NCBI GenBank assembly: GCA_029953675.1
Contig: JAMWBK010000002.1
Location: 1,302,001 to 1,366,000 of the forward strand
Source: Rhodosorus marinus CCMP1338
Lineage: Eukaryota > Plantae > Rhodophyta
Length of the DNA stretch: 64,000 bases
Direction of reading: 5' to 3'
In this document: piece by piece, positions 1 to 11,615 of the stretch
Layout of the letters: every line of letters begins with the position of its first letter
Numbering within the stretch: position 1 is the first letter of the stretch
Notes under the pieces: model-generated
Databases searched by the model: none
What the model saw: the letters and a program-made list of their open reading frames with translations, nothing else
Told to the model about the DNA's origin: nothing
Program-made: the position numbers and the translations under genes

Positions 1-577
1 TAGTCACGCCTTCTGGGGTGACATGTATGCCAGGTATCTCGCGATTGATGACTCGCGCCGTCGTCAAGGCTCGACCGTAGAGCGTGCATTTGTTGAGTTG
101 TAGGCGGGCCCCTAGAGATGGGAGCATAGTTCGGCTCCAGGCTAGTGCTTGCTTCAGTTCCTGCAGCGGTCCCACGATCGTAATACCGTCATGGATAGCG
201 ACAATCGTTAGATCCGAGAACTTTGTTCGTAGAGCTTTTAGGAACGGTGCAAGTGCTAGTGCATGTAGCACTGGCCCAAGAGGGTCTCCCTGTTGTACTC
301 CCGTAGCTGCTTGGAGTGTCAGTCGTGAGTGTTCCGTTTGATTCTCTCCAGGTGTAGAGCGCCAGCCGCAAAGCGTCGGCGAGTCCACTGCGTCGCTTCC
401 ATACCCAAGTCTGTAAACCGCCGCAAGCTCCGGAAAGTGCTGGTCCACGAGTTTCTTGGCGAGGCGTCGATCAATCCTGTTGAATGCATTCTCGAGGTCA
501 AGCCTAAGCACCACCGCGTCTGGTTCACATGACAGATGGGCCTGGATCTCGTGAAGTGAGCGCACGCTCCTGGTGCC
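1..577 (-). mobile_element. Non-LTR retrotransposon (CRE/R2-like, early-branching clade) reverse transcriptase fragment; continues off the left edge
   Basis: Manual minus-strand translation (frame not in the ORF track): RSLHEIQAHL..VVLRLDLENAFNRIDRR..TGVQQGDPLGPVLHALALAPFLKAL..IVAIHDGITIVG..LQLNKCTLYG..EGVT, i.e. RT domains 2a-7. The catalytic xxDD motif reads HDG, so it is probably inactive. Homologous to the copy at 25.2-27 kb. Confidence 0.85.
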
Positions 578-643
578 TTTACAACTAGGGATCGGAGTCA
601 GTGGCGGATGCGAACGCTCACTTCACGCGATCCAGGCCCACCT
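534..643. repeat. 29-bp inverted repeat (534-562 / 615-643, 27/29 identical) formed by a second, oppositely oriented fragment of the same LINE RT domain 2a
   Basis: agatgggcctggatctcgtgaagtgagcg versus cgctcacttcacgcgatccaggcccacct. The plus strand at 579-644 translates to LQLGIGVSGGCERSLHAIQAHL. Confidence 0.85.
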
Positions 644-2362
644 AACGGTCTCTGCGCGCTCCTTGGTCGCTGGTGTGTTAAATTTCCGGCATCCAGACAT
701 GGCATAGGAGTGAATTACCTCCAGAAAGTACGCGGTCTCGTTGAGGTAGACAAGTTTCCTCGGCCTATCCCTCACTATCTTGACGTCCAAGAATTCATCC
801 ACCTCACCAAGGACCTTCATTTCATACAGTTCGTTGAGCACCATCTTCGCAACCGCTATGTCAGCTTTCCTACCGATAACCAACAGATCGTCCACGTAGA
901 CAGCGACGATCGTAAGGTTCCGCCTGAAAACGCATCCGTCAGACCTCGTAGGCTCGAACCCATGGTTCGTGAGGTCGTGGGACCTTCGCTCTGGAGTCGG
1001 AACCCTTTAGCATGAAAAGTCCTCACCGAAAGTAGACTATAAGATAAATCAGGAATGTCATAAACGTCCTTCAGTACTAGATCCGCGCCTGAGCGTAAGG
1101 GGAAGATAATATCTCCCTTCCCAACGGCGGGACTTGACAAGTTGTTCCCGAAGTATATTGGGGTCAGTTCGATTTCCTTGTAAACGTGGAAATATCTCCG
1201 CTGGTTACAAACGTGGTCGGTGCAGCCGCTGTCGACCAAGAAGTTACTCTCGACAGGGCGAAGTTGCTTTCGCACCAAACTCGCTGCAACAAACTTCCCT
1301 GAGGGTACTCCCTCTTGAAGTGTCCCTCCTGCACCTCCAGCAGGGTCGGCCTCTCCCTAACCTGTGCCGTCAAGGCCCTCGTCTTCCGGGGCTTGTCTCT
1401 CGGCCTGCTTTCGAGCCCAATCACCCTCGAATAGCTCTCCAGCTCCCTCACAGTGTTCCCCCACCTGAGTGGATTCGAGGGTCGCCAATGAAGGTAGATG
1501 AACTCCTGGAAGGATTGCGATCCTTCCAAGGCGCTCCTCAGAATACGCTGCGTTTCATCACCTCTGGGCTCCTCTCGGGTAATCGCCGTGATCTCCGCGA
1601 ACTCATCCTCGAAGTAGTGAATGAGATCGCTCACGGACACCCCTAGCCGTAGGCGTCTGTGGTTAAGCCTCGTCCAGACGGCATCGGCAGATTCCCCCTT
1701 CCTGGAATCGTACCGATCCAGGAGGCTCAGCCAACACCGCCTGGGGTCCAGTTGCGCCCTCCCCATCGCAACGTCAAGCGCTGGGGCCTGCAGCGTGGAT
1801 GAGAGGACCGCCATTACAAACCTGGCTTCATCTCTCTGAATAAACGGATCATCAACCTGGCCCCCGTTGAGTTAATGCTCCTCATTCCCCGCGATGACAC
1901 CGGTGTAGCCGTGGAAGTTCAGGTACGCGAGCATCTGAACTTCCATCGGCCGAACGCCGACCTGTTCCCTTCTCTTCCGGAGAAGGGTTCAGGCATCCTC
2001 AGCCCCCTTGTCAAACACCGCCACCCTCTCTTTCTTCCCCCGCCATAACGACCCAGAAAGAGAAATAACCTATAGCCTTAGCGATGGGACCATGTTCACA
2101 AAACTGTGCTCCCCCCAATTTTCTCCCAGAACGGGTACCCCCTCTTTACTGATTCCTAACGTGTCTGAGTACAATGAACCTACAATTCATTAAGTACTCG
2201 ATTGCAGTCCACCGTCAAACGACGAGGACGAACGATCCAGTTCAATCACGATACAATCGTCTACGCTACTCCGTACCGGTTATCTGCTAACTACCTGGGA
2301 TACTGCTCTACTACCCCGGTACCCCCCCAAGGGATGATCCCGAATGGCCTTCCCGGCCAACA
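644..2362 (-). mobile_element. Internally deleted, 3'-truncated Ty1/copia LTR retrotransposon (5' LTR, degenerate gag, protease, then directly the C-terminal half of RT)
   Basis: Gag-like ORF 1164-1814, with an upstream stop and frameshift. Copia protease FLVDSGCTDHVCN..LKDVYDIPDLSYSLLSV at ~1000-1245. RT FEPTRSDGCVFRRNLTIVAVYVDDLLVIG..MKVLGEVDEFLDVKI at ~650-960. No integrase between protease and RT. Confidence 0.85.
2093..2362 (-). repeat. Putative 5' LTR (270 bp) of the copia element, followed by a PBS-like sequence
   Basis: Bounded by TGTT...AACA. On the minus strand it is followed immediately by TGGTCCCATCGC (2092-2081), a TGG-initiated PBS-like motif (tRNA not identified). No second LTR is present to confirm it. 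Confidence 0.5.
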
Positions 2363-4985
2363 CTTGTGGATGCTTCTTTACCCCTGAAGAATTTCGGGGT
2401 GATCGATAAAACATGTTTTTTATTTTTTAGAAACGACATACTACTTCTCGCCGGTCAATGGGGGGGCCCAACGCGCTTGCAGAGTCCTAGTTTAGATATG
2501 AAGCAAATCAATCAGCATGATCGACCCTAATTTTGACTGTGGAGCAGTTCTTGGCTCCCTAAATGCAATTTATTTGTTGCTCATTTTCGAGGAACAGATG
2601 AAATTGTTTCCATGCTTGCGTAAAGGGTAGGGATGTATCCTAGATTTGGGGGTTTTTGAAATTTTTTTTGGCAGGGGGCGAGACGTGGTACCGCACGGGT
2701 GCTTAGTCAGAGTGTGCTCAAGGTTTGTAGCAATGAATGCTAAAGAGATTCTTACGCGATTGCTGGCCAATCGTTAAGGGCCGATTACCCCGGAACGAAT
2801 TGACACGCAGCTGATGCGGGTGGGGAAGATGGCAGAACCTGTTCTTGTTGCATGCAGAACTACTTGCTGTCTGCACCTAGTGGGAATGTTCAATAGTTGA
2901 GAATATCTCGCTGATTGTGAGGACACGCTTAAGCCTCACTGCCCTGAAGGAGACGACTGTGCCCTTCCTGGAGTATCTCATTCGGGGACCTTACGCTCCG
3001 ATTAAACCGATCCGACTGAAAGAATAAAAGAAATCCAGTCAGTAATGACAGAGATGTCATTCTACCTTCGTTCGGGTCCTGACTAATCCCGGAAGAGATA
3101 TGGATGGATCGGAGCAACACGGAAAACAAAGCTATTTAGAACCCCTTGGGACTATAGAAAACAGTAGTGGATGTGTGGTACAGCGGGCGATAGACTAGCC
3201 CGTGCTCGTAGGGTCGCTGTATAGCATTTCTTGTCGAATTACCAGAACTCTTTATTTCGATCTACCTCGTCCCCACGACAACAGCAACTTGGCTGGTGCC
3301 GGCAGCCTGTGAATGCAGGTATTCGGTCGAAAATGCAACGTTTATATATATCGTCGGCGTTTCCGATCTTGACCAATCTATATAGGCTCCACGTGGGAGC
3401 TCTCTATAAATGCCATCAAGAATGCGGCGAAGGTTCTTCGCGTTTCTTCACGTTCAGGAGCAAAAGCACTTGTACAAGTACGGTCGCGCGTTGAGCCCCC
3501 GAACTGGCCTACAGGATGCGGATAAGGAGTCCTAGAGACAGAATTTCACGTGCTAAACCTCGATGCTTGCTCAATCAGGCGTGTTTTCATCCGGGCAGTT
3601 TGCAGTGAACATAACTAGTCGCAGTCACCTTCTGCATTCTGAAAGGAGATCAGATGCTGGCACGAGGTCCTTACGCCAATTCTAAAACTAAAACCCCGCG
3701 TCCGTTAAGGCAGCAGACCTTACAACAAATCAACCTTGGTTTGCTCCTGGATAATGCGCTCGGGTAGCCACACAGCCTACCCGGTTCCCTATCCACCCCC
3801 CTTTTCAACCCTATGCGGTCGGTCGTAGTACCCAAGCTCTGGCAGAGACTCCGGTCAACAAGTGCCGTAGAAGGGGCCTGCCAAGGCGAGGCAATCTCAA
3901 GCAGAGAATAGAAGGTTTCCCTTCGCCTCCAGCTTGCAGCGAATGCTTTCGCAAGCTTCAAGCTCTGCCATGTGCGATGGTATTGATCGAGATTCATTGA
4001 ACTTTTACTCCACCACTTCTGATCTACTACAATCTCCACTTGTAACATCTGAGTAGAATACGAACTACCCTCTTCCACGAGTTGACTCAAGTACTCTAAA
4101 AATAACAAAATTGATGATCTACTTTTTTCGCCCTTCTCTGACGACTGCTCAAGGCTCAACAGATTCGACATATTTACTCAGCCAGTGTTACTTATTCCGC
4201 TCTTCGTCGCGGATCTATTCATGCACATTAAATGAAAAATCGTAAAGTTTTCGGAAAGAGAGTCGGGTATATTTCCGGCTCAAACCTACCTGGATAAATA
4301 TCTACTAAAAACAAAGCAGAAGTCCCACCTCCGCAGCGTTGCTTCTTCCAATCTCCGAGCTAGAACCCCCTAAGATGCTACTAATCCTATTTCTACCACC
4401 CCTGACTAAACCAAACCATATCCTCAATATTCTCATTAATTAAAAATAAAAGTACACAAATGATCCCATATAGTTGAATACTATAGGGGGTTATTAAACT
4501 TGAAATTTTGGTACTTTTAGATTCTTTGAAGGGGTAAATTACGATTTACCCCATGCCTTTGTTCCTTCAACTTTGGAGGAGATCTCGTGATCGCTTAGTG
4601 CCAAAGGATCTCTTATTTTTGAAACTTTTTGAAGGGACTTCTGGTCTTCTTTGCTCAGAGAGCTTTTTGAGGGACGGTTGGAAAAACTCTGCACGTGGAA
4701 CTGGGTAAGTTTCAGAGAGTGTGAATCGAGTTTATTTCTTTTACTTGGTAATAGGGAGGGTTGTGTGGACGTGGGAAGGAGATCACATTGGAGAGGCTGT
4801 GCGTGTGTAGATTTGAGGAGGTCGGGGTTGTTGGTGTTGGGGTTGGAGGTGGTGAAATCCTAGTTTGATTGCGCTTGGGGATTTCGTTGAAAGGTTTTTG
4901 TGTACCTTTTTTTTTGAGGGGGTGGGAGGGAACGTTTGCCAGGTGTGGAGAGAGAAGTTTGTTGTTTTTTAATAGTTTTGAAGAG

Positions 4986-5617
4986 ATGGCGTTTGTAGGT
5001 TCTGGAAGCTTTTCGGTTAAGAAGGTATCGACCCCCGCAACATGCGTGAGGATGTCGGCGGAGGAGAACTCTTCAGAGAGAAGGGATTTTCTCAAGACGG
5101 TGCTCGGAGCAGCGCTCGCGATGACGGTTCCGGCCTCGGCGATGGCTGAGAGGGAGTACTCTGGAGTGCCGTATTTGGGTGGATCTGACAAGGTTGATGT
5201 TAACAATGCTAACATTCGTGTCTTCCAGAAGTTCCCGGGAATGTACCCGAACATTGGAAGACTGATCGTGAAGAACGGCCCGTACAAGGATGTATCAGAG
5301 GTGTTCAAGATCGAGGAACTCAGTGCAGCCCAGAAGGAAGTTCTCAAGAAGTACGAGAACAACCTGGTTGCTCTGGAGCCCCGCCCCGAATACGTAAGTC
5401 AACGGGAGACTTCAAATTGCGTTGTTAAATTCCTGCCCTCTTCGTATTTTGCGAGTGTCCTTTGTAGTCGCTGCTGTTAGTCTTTATAAGTGCTGTTAGT
5501 TACTGTTTTTTTCGCTTGAATTCTGAGAAGGCGTTGACCCCTGACGAGTTGTTTTGCCTACTGATTGTGTCATATCAACAGGAGATTGACAAAATCAACA
5601 ACGGACTCTACCGCTAA
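4986..5617 (+). CDS. psbU: Photosystem II 12 kDa extrinsic protein PsbU, nuclear-encoded; exons 4986-5393 and 5582-5617
   Basis: MAFV- transit peptide, RR..ASAMA thylakoid (Tat-like) signal, KVDVNNANIRVFQKFPGMYPNIG motif. A GTAAGT..CAG intron restores the C-terminus PEY|EIDKINNGLYR*. Confidence 0.95.
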
Positions 5618-5772
5618 ATCGATCAGTATCCGGACGTAACATGATATTGGCGGTGGTCGACCTCATCTGGACTCTGTTTGGTTGATTTCATGCCGTCTTT
5701 GAGGAGAGAAGAGCAGGTTTCTGGTTGCTTCCTCATCTGTGATAGAAATAAAAGTGCACCACGCGACATAGT

Positions 5773-6213
5773 TCAGAAGTTGTATTCTGTTTTTTTTTCC
5801 TCGAGTGAGCATGGGAATGGGAGCACAGTACCATTGTCACACCCTTGGTTGCTTAGAGCAGACTTGGGGGTTGCGTAATGAATGTCAGTGAGGATTGCAA
5901 CTTGGCCCCGTGATTGATCTAATAATTGATTCTTCCACTTACGTCATTCTGGCGAAACTATTGGGTGGATTGCGCTGGGTCTCATGCCCACTTGTTTGTG
6001 GCATTTCTAGACCAGATCAGAGGGGCCCATAGCGCGGTATTAGCATGGGTAGTATCAAAGCTGTGGCCTACCAGAAGCCCTCAGCCAAACGCCAATATCA
6101 GACTCTGCCAAGAGTTCGCTGCACAAATAATCAGCAGATCTACGGCATGCTAAGTTTGCTGTCCAAAGTTCGTGCCTGGAATGCGTGCCTGGTCTGCGTG
6201 CCTGGTCTTCCAT
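5773..6213 (-). CDS. Candidate small spliced hypothetical gene (94 aa); exons 6213-6072, 6006-5943, 5851-5773
   Basis: ATG lies downstream of a C-tract (6255-6272) like those upstream of other minus-strand genes. GTAGGC..TAG and GTAAGT..AAG introns of 65 and 91 nt give an open frame. No recognisable domain. Confidence 0.25.
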
Positions 6214-6829
6214 CAGTCATCAGCGAGCCTCGTCCGCTTAATTAAGTCCCACCCACACCCCCCCCCTGCCCCAGCACCATGCGCACAAGTACCTCGGGCC
6301 TGTCCCCAATCCTCAAACCCTAAAAATATATATATGAAATGAAGGAAACCCCCTCAACCCAATATTCAATCATTACCAAAAAACCTTTTATTTCACAAAC
6401 TTTATTCTGATTTAATGATTGAATTTATCTAGTGGCACAAAAGTAATATGTAAAGACAGCTGTCCAGGCCCCTTTTTCAACAAGTAGCTACCGAAAAGTT
6501 TTTTTTGTTTTTTTGTTTGTTTTTAGGACGTCCATGGTGTCTCCTTCGATATCAGCTCTTGTTGTTCTTTTCATTGATCGGATGGCTGAGGGAGAAGAAA
6601 TGTATTTATGTTTCAGGGTTTGGGTTTTGTTTAGCGGGTGAGGGAGATGGCGTTGGATATGTATATAGTTTGATAAAGGACGATCTATTTCTTGTTTTTT
6701 CGGGGCTGGGGGGGGGGGCGGGTGGTTTAGAGGAGGAATCGAGGGATCCATACAGGAGACGAAGGGGGAGGAAGTTTTTGTTTTTTTGAAAGGTTGGGCG
6801 ATGTTAAGTCATCGGAGGTTGCGGTGAGG

Positions 6830-9089
6830 ATGAGATCGTTGGCGTTGGTATGGGTTGTTTTGTTTGTGGGATGTGGACTTGTTCGCGGATTCTACATCCC
6901 CGGTTTCGCTCCGAACAAGTATGAGGAGGGCGCGAAGCTCGATGTGTATGCGGATAAGCTGTACTCAAGCGAGAATAAGGTGCCCTACGATTACTTTTCG
7001 TTGCCGTTCTGTCAGAAGAGCCCTCAGTCGCTTCGGCAGCAGCATCTAAGCATTGGGGAGATGATGCTGGGCGACCGCGATGAGCTGACCAGTTATGACA
7101 TTCGGATGCAAGTGAATGCATCGTGCTCAATATACTGTGACCAGCAGGTTGTTTCTAGTGAACTGCAAACTTTGCGGTCTATGATTGATGACGATTACTT
7201 CGTTCAGCTCAATATAGACGACATGCCAGCAGTTACCAAGTTCGGTGCTGATGGTAACGAGTTTATTCATTTTGGATATCCTATTGGATATGCTCAAGCG
7301 GATCGCTACTTCCTTTACAACCACTTGGAGTTCAAGATCCTGATTCATAAACCAGAATTGTCTCTTGAGGATATCTCAGACGCCAGCGACAAGTGTGATA
7401 ATTGTTTTAGAGTGGTAGGTCCCACTCTCTTTTCCCAGTGATTTCTGAAGACACTGCAGAGCCTACAAAACCCAGCGAAGAATTGATTCCTTGTCGGATT
7501 GCTGCCAGCTATTCAGGCGTTAACCTCTTGAAGTGATCTGAAGGATTTTGTGTTTGCTTTCTCCGTGTTCAGGTAGGCATTGAAGTGACTCCATCATCAG
7601 TGAATTGGGACGTTGATATATCTGAGATAAGAGAACTGTCAAATGACAAGAGTGAATGTGATAAGAAGAAAAACAACAAGCCGGTCGAGCTCTTCGTGAA
7701 AGATCCAGAAGGTCAGTGGCTGGTGTTCACGTACGAGGTAACTTTTGAGGAGTCGGACCTGAAGTGGGCGACAAGGTGAGGCCATGAGATCTTGGACATC
7801 AAACATGAGGATGCGCGGCAAGCCCTAAACTTCTTATTTGGAAATCACCAGATGGGATCCTCTAATGAACGCCGACCCTGCTCTGAGCAATGTTGCTTGG
7901 CTGTACGTTATCAATCCGGTCGCGATCATGTTCTTCTTCGCCATCGTCGTCGCGGGAATTTTGCTGCGAACGATCTACTTGGACTTTGCTCGATATAACA
8001 ACCTCGAAGAGGCTACCGATGTGGAGGAGGAGACTGGTTGGAAGCAGCTCCACGGTGATGTCTTCAGACCGGCACCTTTCCGCGGGGTAAGAACTGCGAA
8101 AAATTTGAATTCGTCGCTTTGTGTCCGATCAACATGGAAATCTTCAGTGCTCAAAATCCATACTGTCACCGAATCCGATTTAGGCCCTTTCTGTTGCTTG
8201 CGGAGCAGGAGCCCAGCTGGCGGTCATCATGTTCGTTACTTTGTTGTTTGCTCAGCTTGGCTACTTCTCCCCTGTTTTCCGCGGTGCCTTGCTGTCAGCG
8301 CTCATCGGCTTCTGGGTAGTAACCTCTTTTATTGCGGGTTTCGTGTCTGCGAGAACCTACACCATGTTGGGGGGAACGCAGAAGAGGATGGTCACAACTG
8401 GATCTGCGTTCTTTCTTTCCGGTGCATTATTCTCTGTGTTTTTCATATCAAACTTGGTGTTGTCGTTGGCCGGCAGTTCCGCAGCTGTTCCGTTCTTCAC
8501 GCTAGTGACGTTGCTCCTGATCTGGCTAGTAGTAAGCGTTCCACTCAACGTGCTCGGGGCCTTCTTTGGCTACAAGATGGAACCTGTGGAATTACCGACG
8601 AAGGTTAACCCGGCACATCGGCCCATTCCTGAGTATTCGTTTATGGGACCGACGATTTATGTCATTGCCAGTGGCGTGATTCCGTTCGGGATTGTCTTCA
8701 TCGAGCTCAAGATCATCTTGGACTCCTTGTGGCAGAACAATATTTTCTACCTGTTCAACATCCTGTTCGTAATTTTTTTCGTGCTGATCGTGACGTGTGC
8801 GGAGGTGAGCGTGGTACTCGCGTACCTACTGCTTTGCAGGGAGGACTGGCGCTGGTGGTGGCCGTCATTCTTTGCGAGTGGGAGTAGCGGGCTGTATGTG
8901 TTCTGCTATTCGGTGTACTTCATCGTGAGCCACGGAGGTCTCAAAGGAATACACTTTTCAAGTACTTTCATGTTTACGAGCTATTCGCTCTTGCTTTCGG
9001 TCTGCTTCACGCTGTTCACGGGAACTCTGGGCTTCTTCGCCACGCTCGTGTTGGTAAGAAGGTTGTACACGAGTGTTCATATCGACTAA
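6830..9089 (+). CDS. Transmembrane 9 superfamily (TM9SF/EMP70) protein, paralogue 1; exons 6830-7414, 7573-7775, 7852-8086, 8184-9089
   Basis: Signal peptide then FYIPGFAP; VPYDYFSLPFC; YNHLEF; KWATRWD; ETGWKQLHGDVFRP; EDWRWWWPSF; C-terminal RRLYTSVHID. Confidence 0.95.
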
Positions 9090-10657
9090 CAATCATGGCC
9101 ATACCTATTAGTTTCCTTGAGCTTGAGCTCGTCGAAGAAGAGCTTATTCGCAGAACATGTAATCGTCACAGCCGTTCGGCGGAGCTCAAGGACAAGCTCT
9201 GTTTCGGTGCTAGTTCCGTGGCGATCGGGAGATCGTCCGGATTTGTTCAACAACGATTGTGAGCACTGCGTGCTATAGACAAATTTAGGTAGGAGCAATC
9301 GATCAATGGAAAAGGGTTATGATCGACTCGTCACAATGCAAAAGCGGGTACGCCCGGCTACCCTTTAATCTGTTTTCGGCCTTTTTTGGGTCTGTTGGTT
9401 TTCGCTGTTGTTCAGATTTTGTTAAAAGGAAAAGAATGGGAAAGCAACTGCCCGGTTTACTTGGGGTTTCCTTCTCTAGTCTTCAGCAAATGATACAACC
9501 ACCCCCGCGCAAGAGGACGCGGTTGAAGCCCTACCTTCGTTTACGTAGAAGACAGACTTCTCCGAGGAGAACCGTGTTTTCTTGCCAAAGCGTAGCGGAG
9601 CTGCTATTTGGATTCAGATTAGGAGCACGTGACTCTCGCCTTCTGTGTAAACGACACGACTTAAACCCTCCCAGCGATCTCCAAGGGCACCGTGTCACAA
9701 GATTGGTTTTCACGGCGGCTGACTTGTTGTCGCAGAAGCACGTAACGACAACCGCGTCAGGAAAAGACAACTCGCTTGTTGACCACGTTTCCTAATCTGT
9801 CCAAAATTCTTTCAGCAGCACTAAGCTAACCACGTGAAGCTTCAGCTTTGCCAAGGACGAACTTCGTGAAGCTGTTTGACAAGGGCAGTTCTCGATTTCC
9901 TATTCCAGTGCGCTTGGGGTTCGTGCCCACCTACACCCAGCAGCCAATATCTTCATATCAAGCGGCGAGTCGCATAAACGTTGCGAGACGCTGCCGTCAA
10001 GAGAGGTTTACAGGTTTGATACCTCCCGCTTCACGGACCGTGATTGCTGAGAGTCCAAAGACATAGATAGCTGAAAGTTTAGGATTGTTTCTACACCTCC
10101 ACGAGGTCGAAGCTGCAGGAAACCCGTCCCAAAAACAACACAACAATCAGCGGGAACAGAGACCGCAGATTCGAGTTCCTCGTGAAGGCAGCAGAAACGG
10201 TTTCAATAACCTGCTACTAGGATCTACTTAGTTTACGGATTCGCTCATTCGAACGCGGTCAGATTTGATCTCGTGTTGAAGCGGAAATCATCAACAGAAA
10301 AGCACTCTTCCAGACCTACGCAGTTGGGGACAGCTGCCCAGGGCAGCTCATGTAAGTCCTGTTTGGAAAGATCGCTGCTTGAAAAGCTGAAGACAATCGA
10401 ATCTTAGAACATCTGTCTCCGTCAATGAGATTTCGGTTCAAAGGAGAAGATGCTGACGGTTAGATTTCCGTATCGAGAAGACAGGGACATCCCCACGGTT
10501 CTCACTAGCACTGTTGAATCTGGTATTTTTGACGCTCCTTCGATGTGTTCTTGAGCAAGAGCAGGTCTGCCTGAGGTTTGGATAGGGAAAAGATAGGCTG
10601 ATCAGTTGTAAGAAACGCTGAAGGAGAGAATCGACAGGCGGAAAGAGGAGGGGCAAA

Positions 10658-11615
10658 ATGAATTCGTTAACATCCAGGATGAATACGTTGGGTACGCACG
10701 CACTGACGTGTTTGGCGGCAATGGCAGTTGTGGTCATTGTCACTTCGTATGTAACTCCTCGGCCCGTACCGGAGACTGATCTTAGCATCAAATCGGTCAA
10801 GACGTTGTGAGTGGAAGAGACATTATCGCGAAAGGCTCTTAAGCGACCTAAAATGAATCCTGGAAAAGGTTTATTTTCAAGTTTTTCTAAGTTTTGTTTT
10901 ATGTCTCGTTGCGATGTGCTTTAGTCAAGTCTCCTGGAGGGAGAGAAACGATCAAGCTGCGTTGATCTTCAATTTTCAAACAGGTAAGGGACTAGTAAAG
11001 AGAAAGCTGCTCTCGCTCAACAGCTGCAGAAGCGATTCATAGAGCTCTGACCAAAACTGCAACGAAATACCTTCTGTTCGACATCGACATCTTAGACTTG
11101 CGACCTCTGATGGATTGGAATGTCTTCGGTATTTATGCTTCCGTAGTCGTTGACTATGAGACTGATCTATACGAGAAGAACGAGGTGAAAAAGCAGAATA
11201 CTCTAAGACTGCCACCACGAAAGCGTTTTCGCTGATCGCCGCTTTGAACTCTTTCCTCTCCATGGTCTTCGTAGATTGTCATTTGGGACAGTGTTATAAC
11301 GAAGAAACAGAAGGCATTGATAAAGAAGTCTGCAGACTTTGCAAAGTACCTGTTCAAGGACTACGGGCACGACTTGCGGTAAGTGGAGTAAAACCTTCTC
11401 GGTGGAAACCCGGTCGACTCTTGCTGCGTCTACCACTCCTCTGCTTTGGACTGACGTGTTTTCCTCTGCTGCGAATGCGAACGAACGAAACCGGAAGTGG
11501 GAAAGAGCTTTCACTTCGACTCAAGTACGTAATCATGCCTTTTGTTGGAGCAATGCAGGCGTATGAGATTGCGTCAAACAAGACGTTCACAATGCCTAGG
11601 AACTACACGAGTTGA
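10658..11615 (+). CDS. SPCS3: Signal peptidase complex subunit 3 (SPC22/23), 172 aa; exons 10658-10806, 10925-10983, 11096-11184, 11275-11378, 11498-11615
   Basis: Manual splicing: MNSLTSRMNTLGTHALTCLAAMAVVVIVTSY..NDQAALIFNFQTDLRPLMDWNV..YE..KNEIVIWDSVI..KYLFKDYGHDLRGKELSLRLKYVIMPFVG..*. Matches the SPCS3 pattern along its length; total 519 nt, in frame. Confidence 0.9.

Noticed and set aside
3671-4171. 166-aa minus-strand ORF in the gene-poor 2.4-4.6 kb block
   Set aside because: No recognisable motif, no ATG context and no splice support; may be TE debris.
4712-5362. 216-aa minus-strand ORF (similar long antisense ORFs at 28153-28911, 29918-30676, 37457-38035 and 48959-49444)
   Set aside because: Antisense shadows of psbU, ValRS, CRTISO-like and TrmO; no domain features of their own.
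9319-10500. 158-aa plus-strand ORF and neighbouring short ORFs
   Set aside because: Could be a real orphan gene from ATG 9437, but no family motif or consistent splice model was found.
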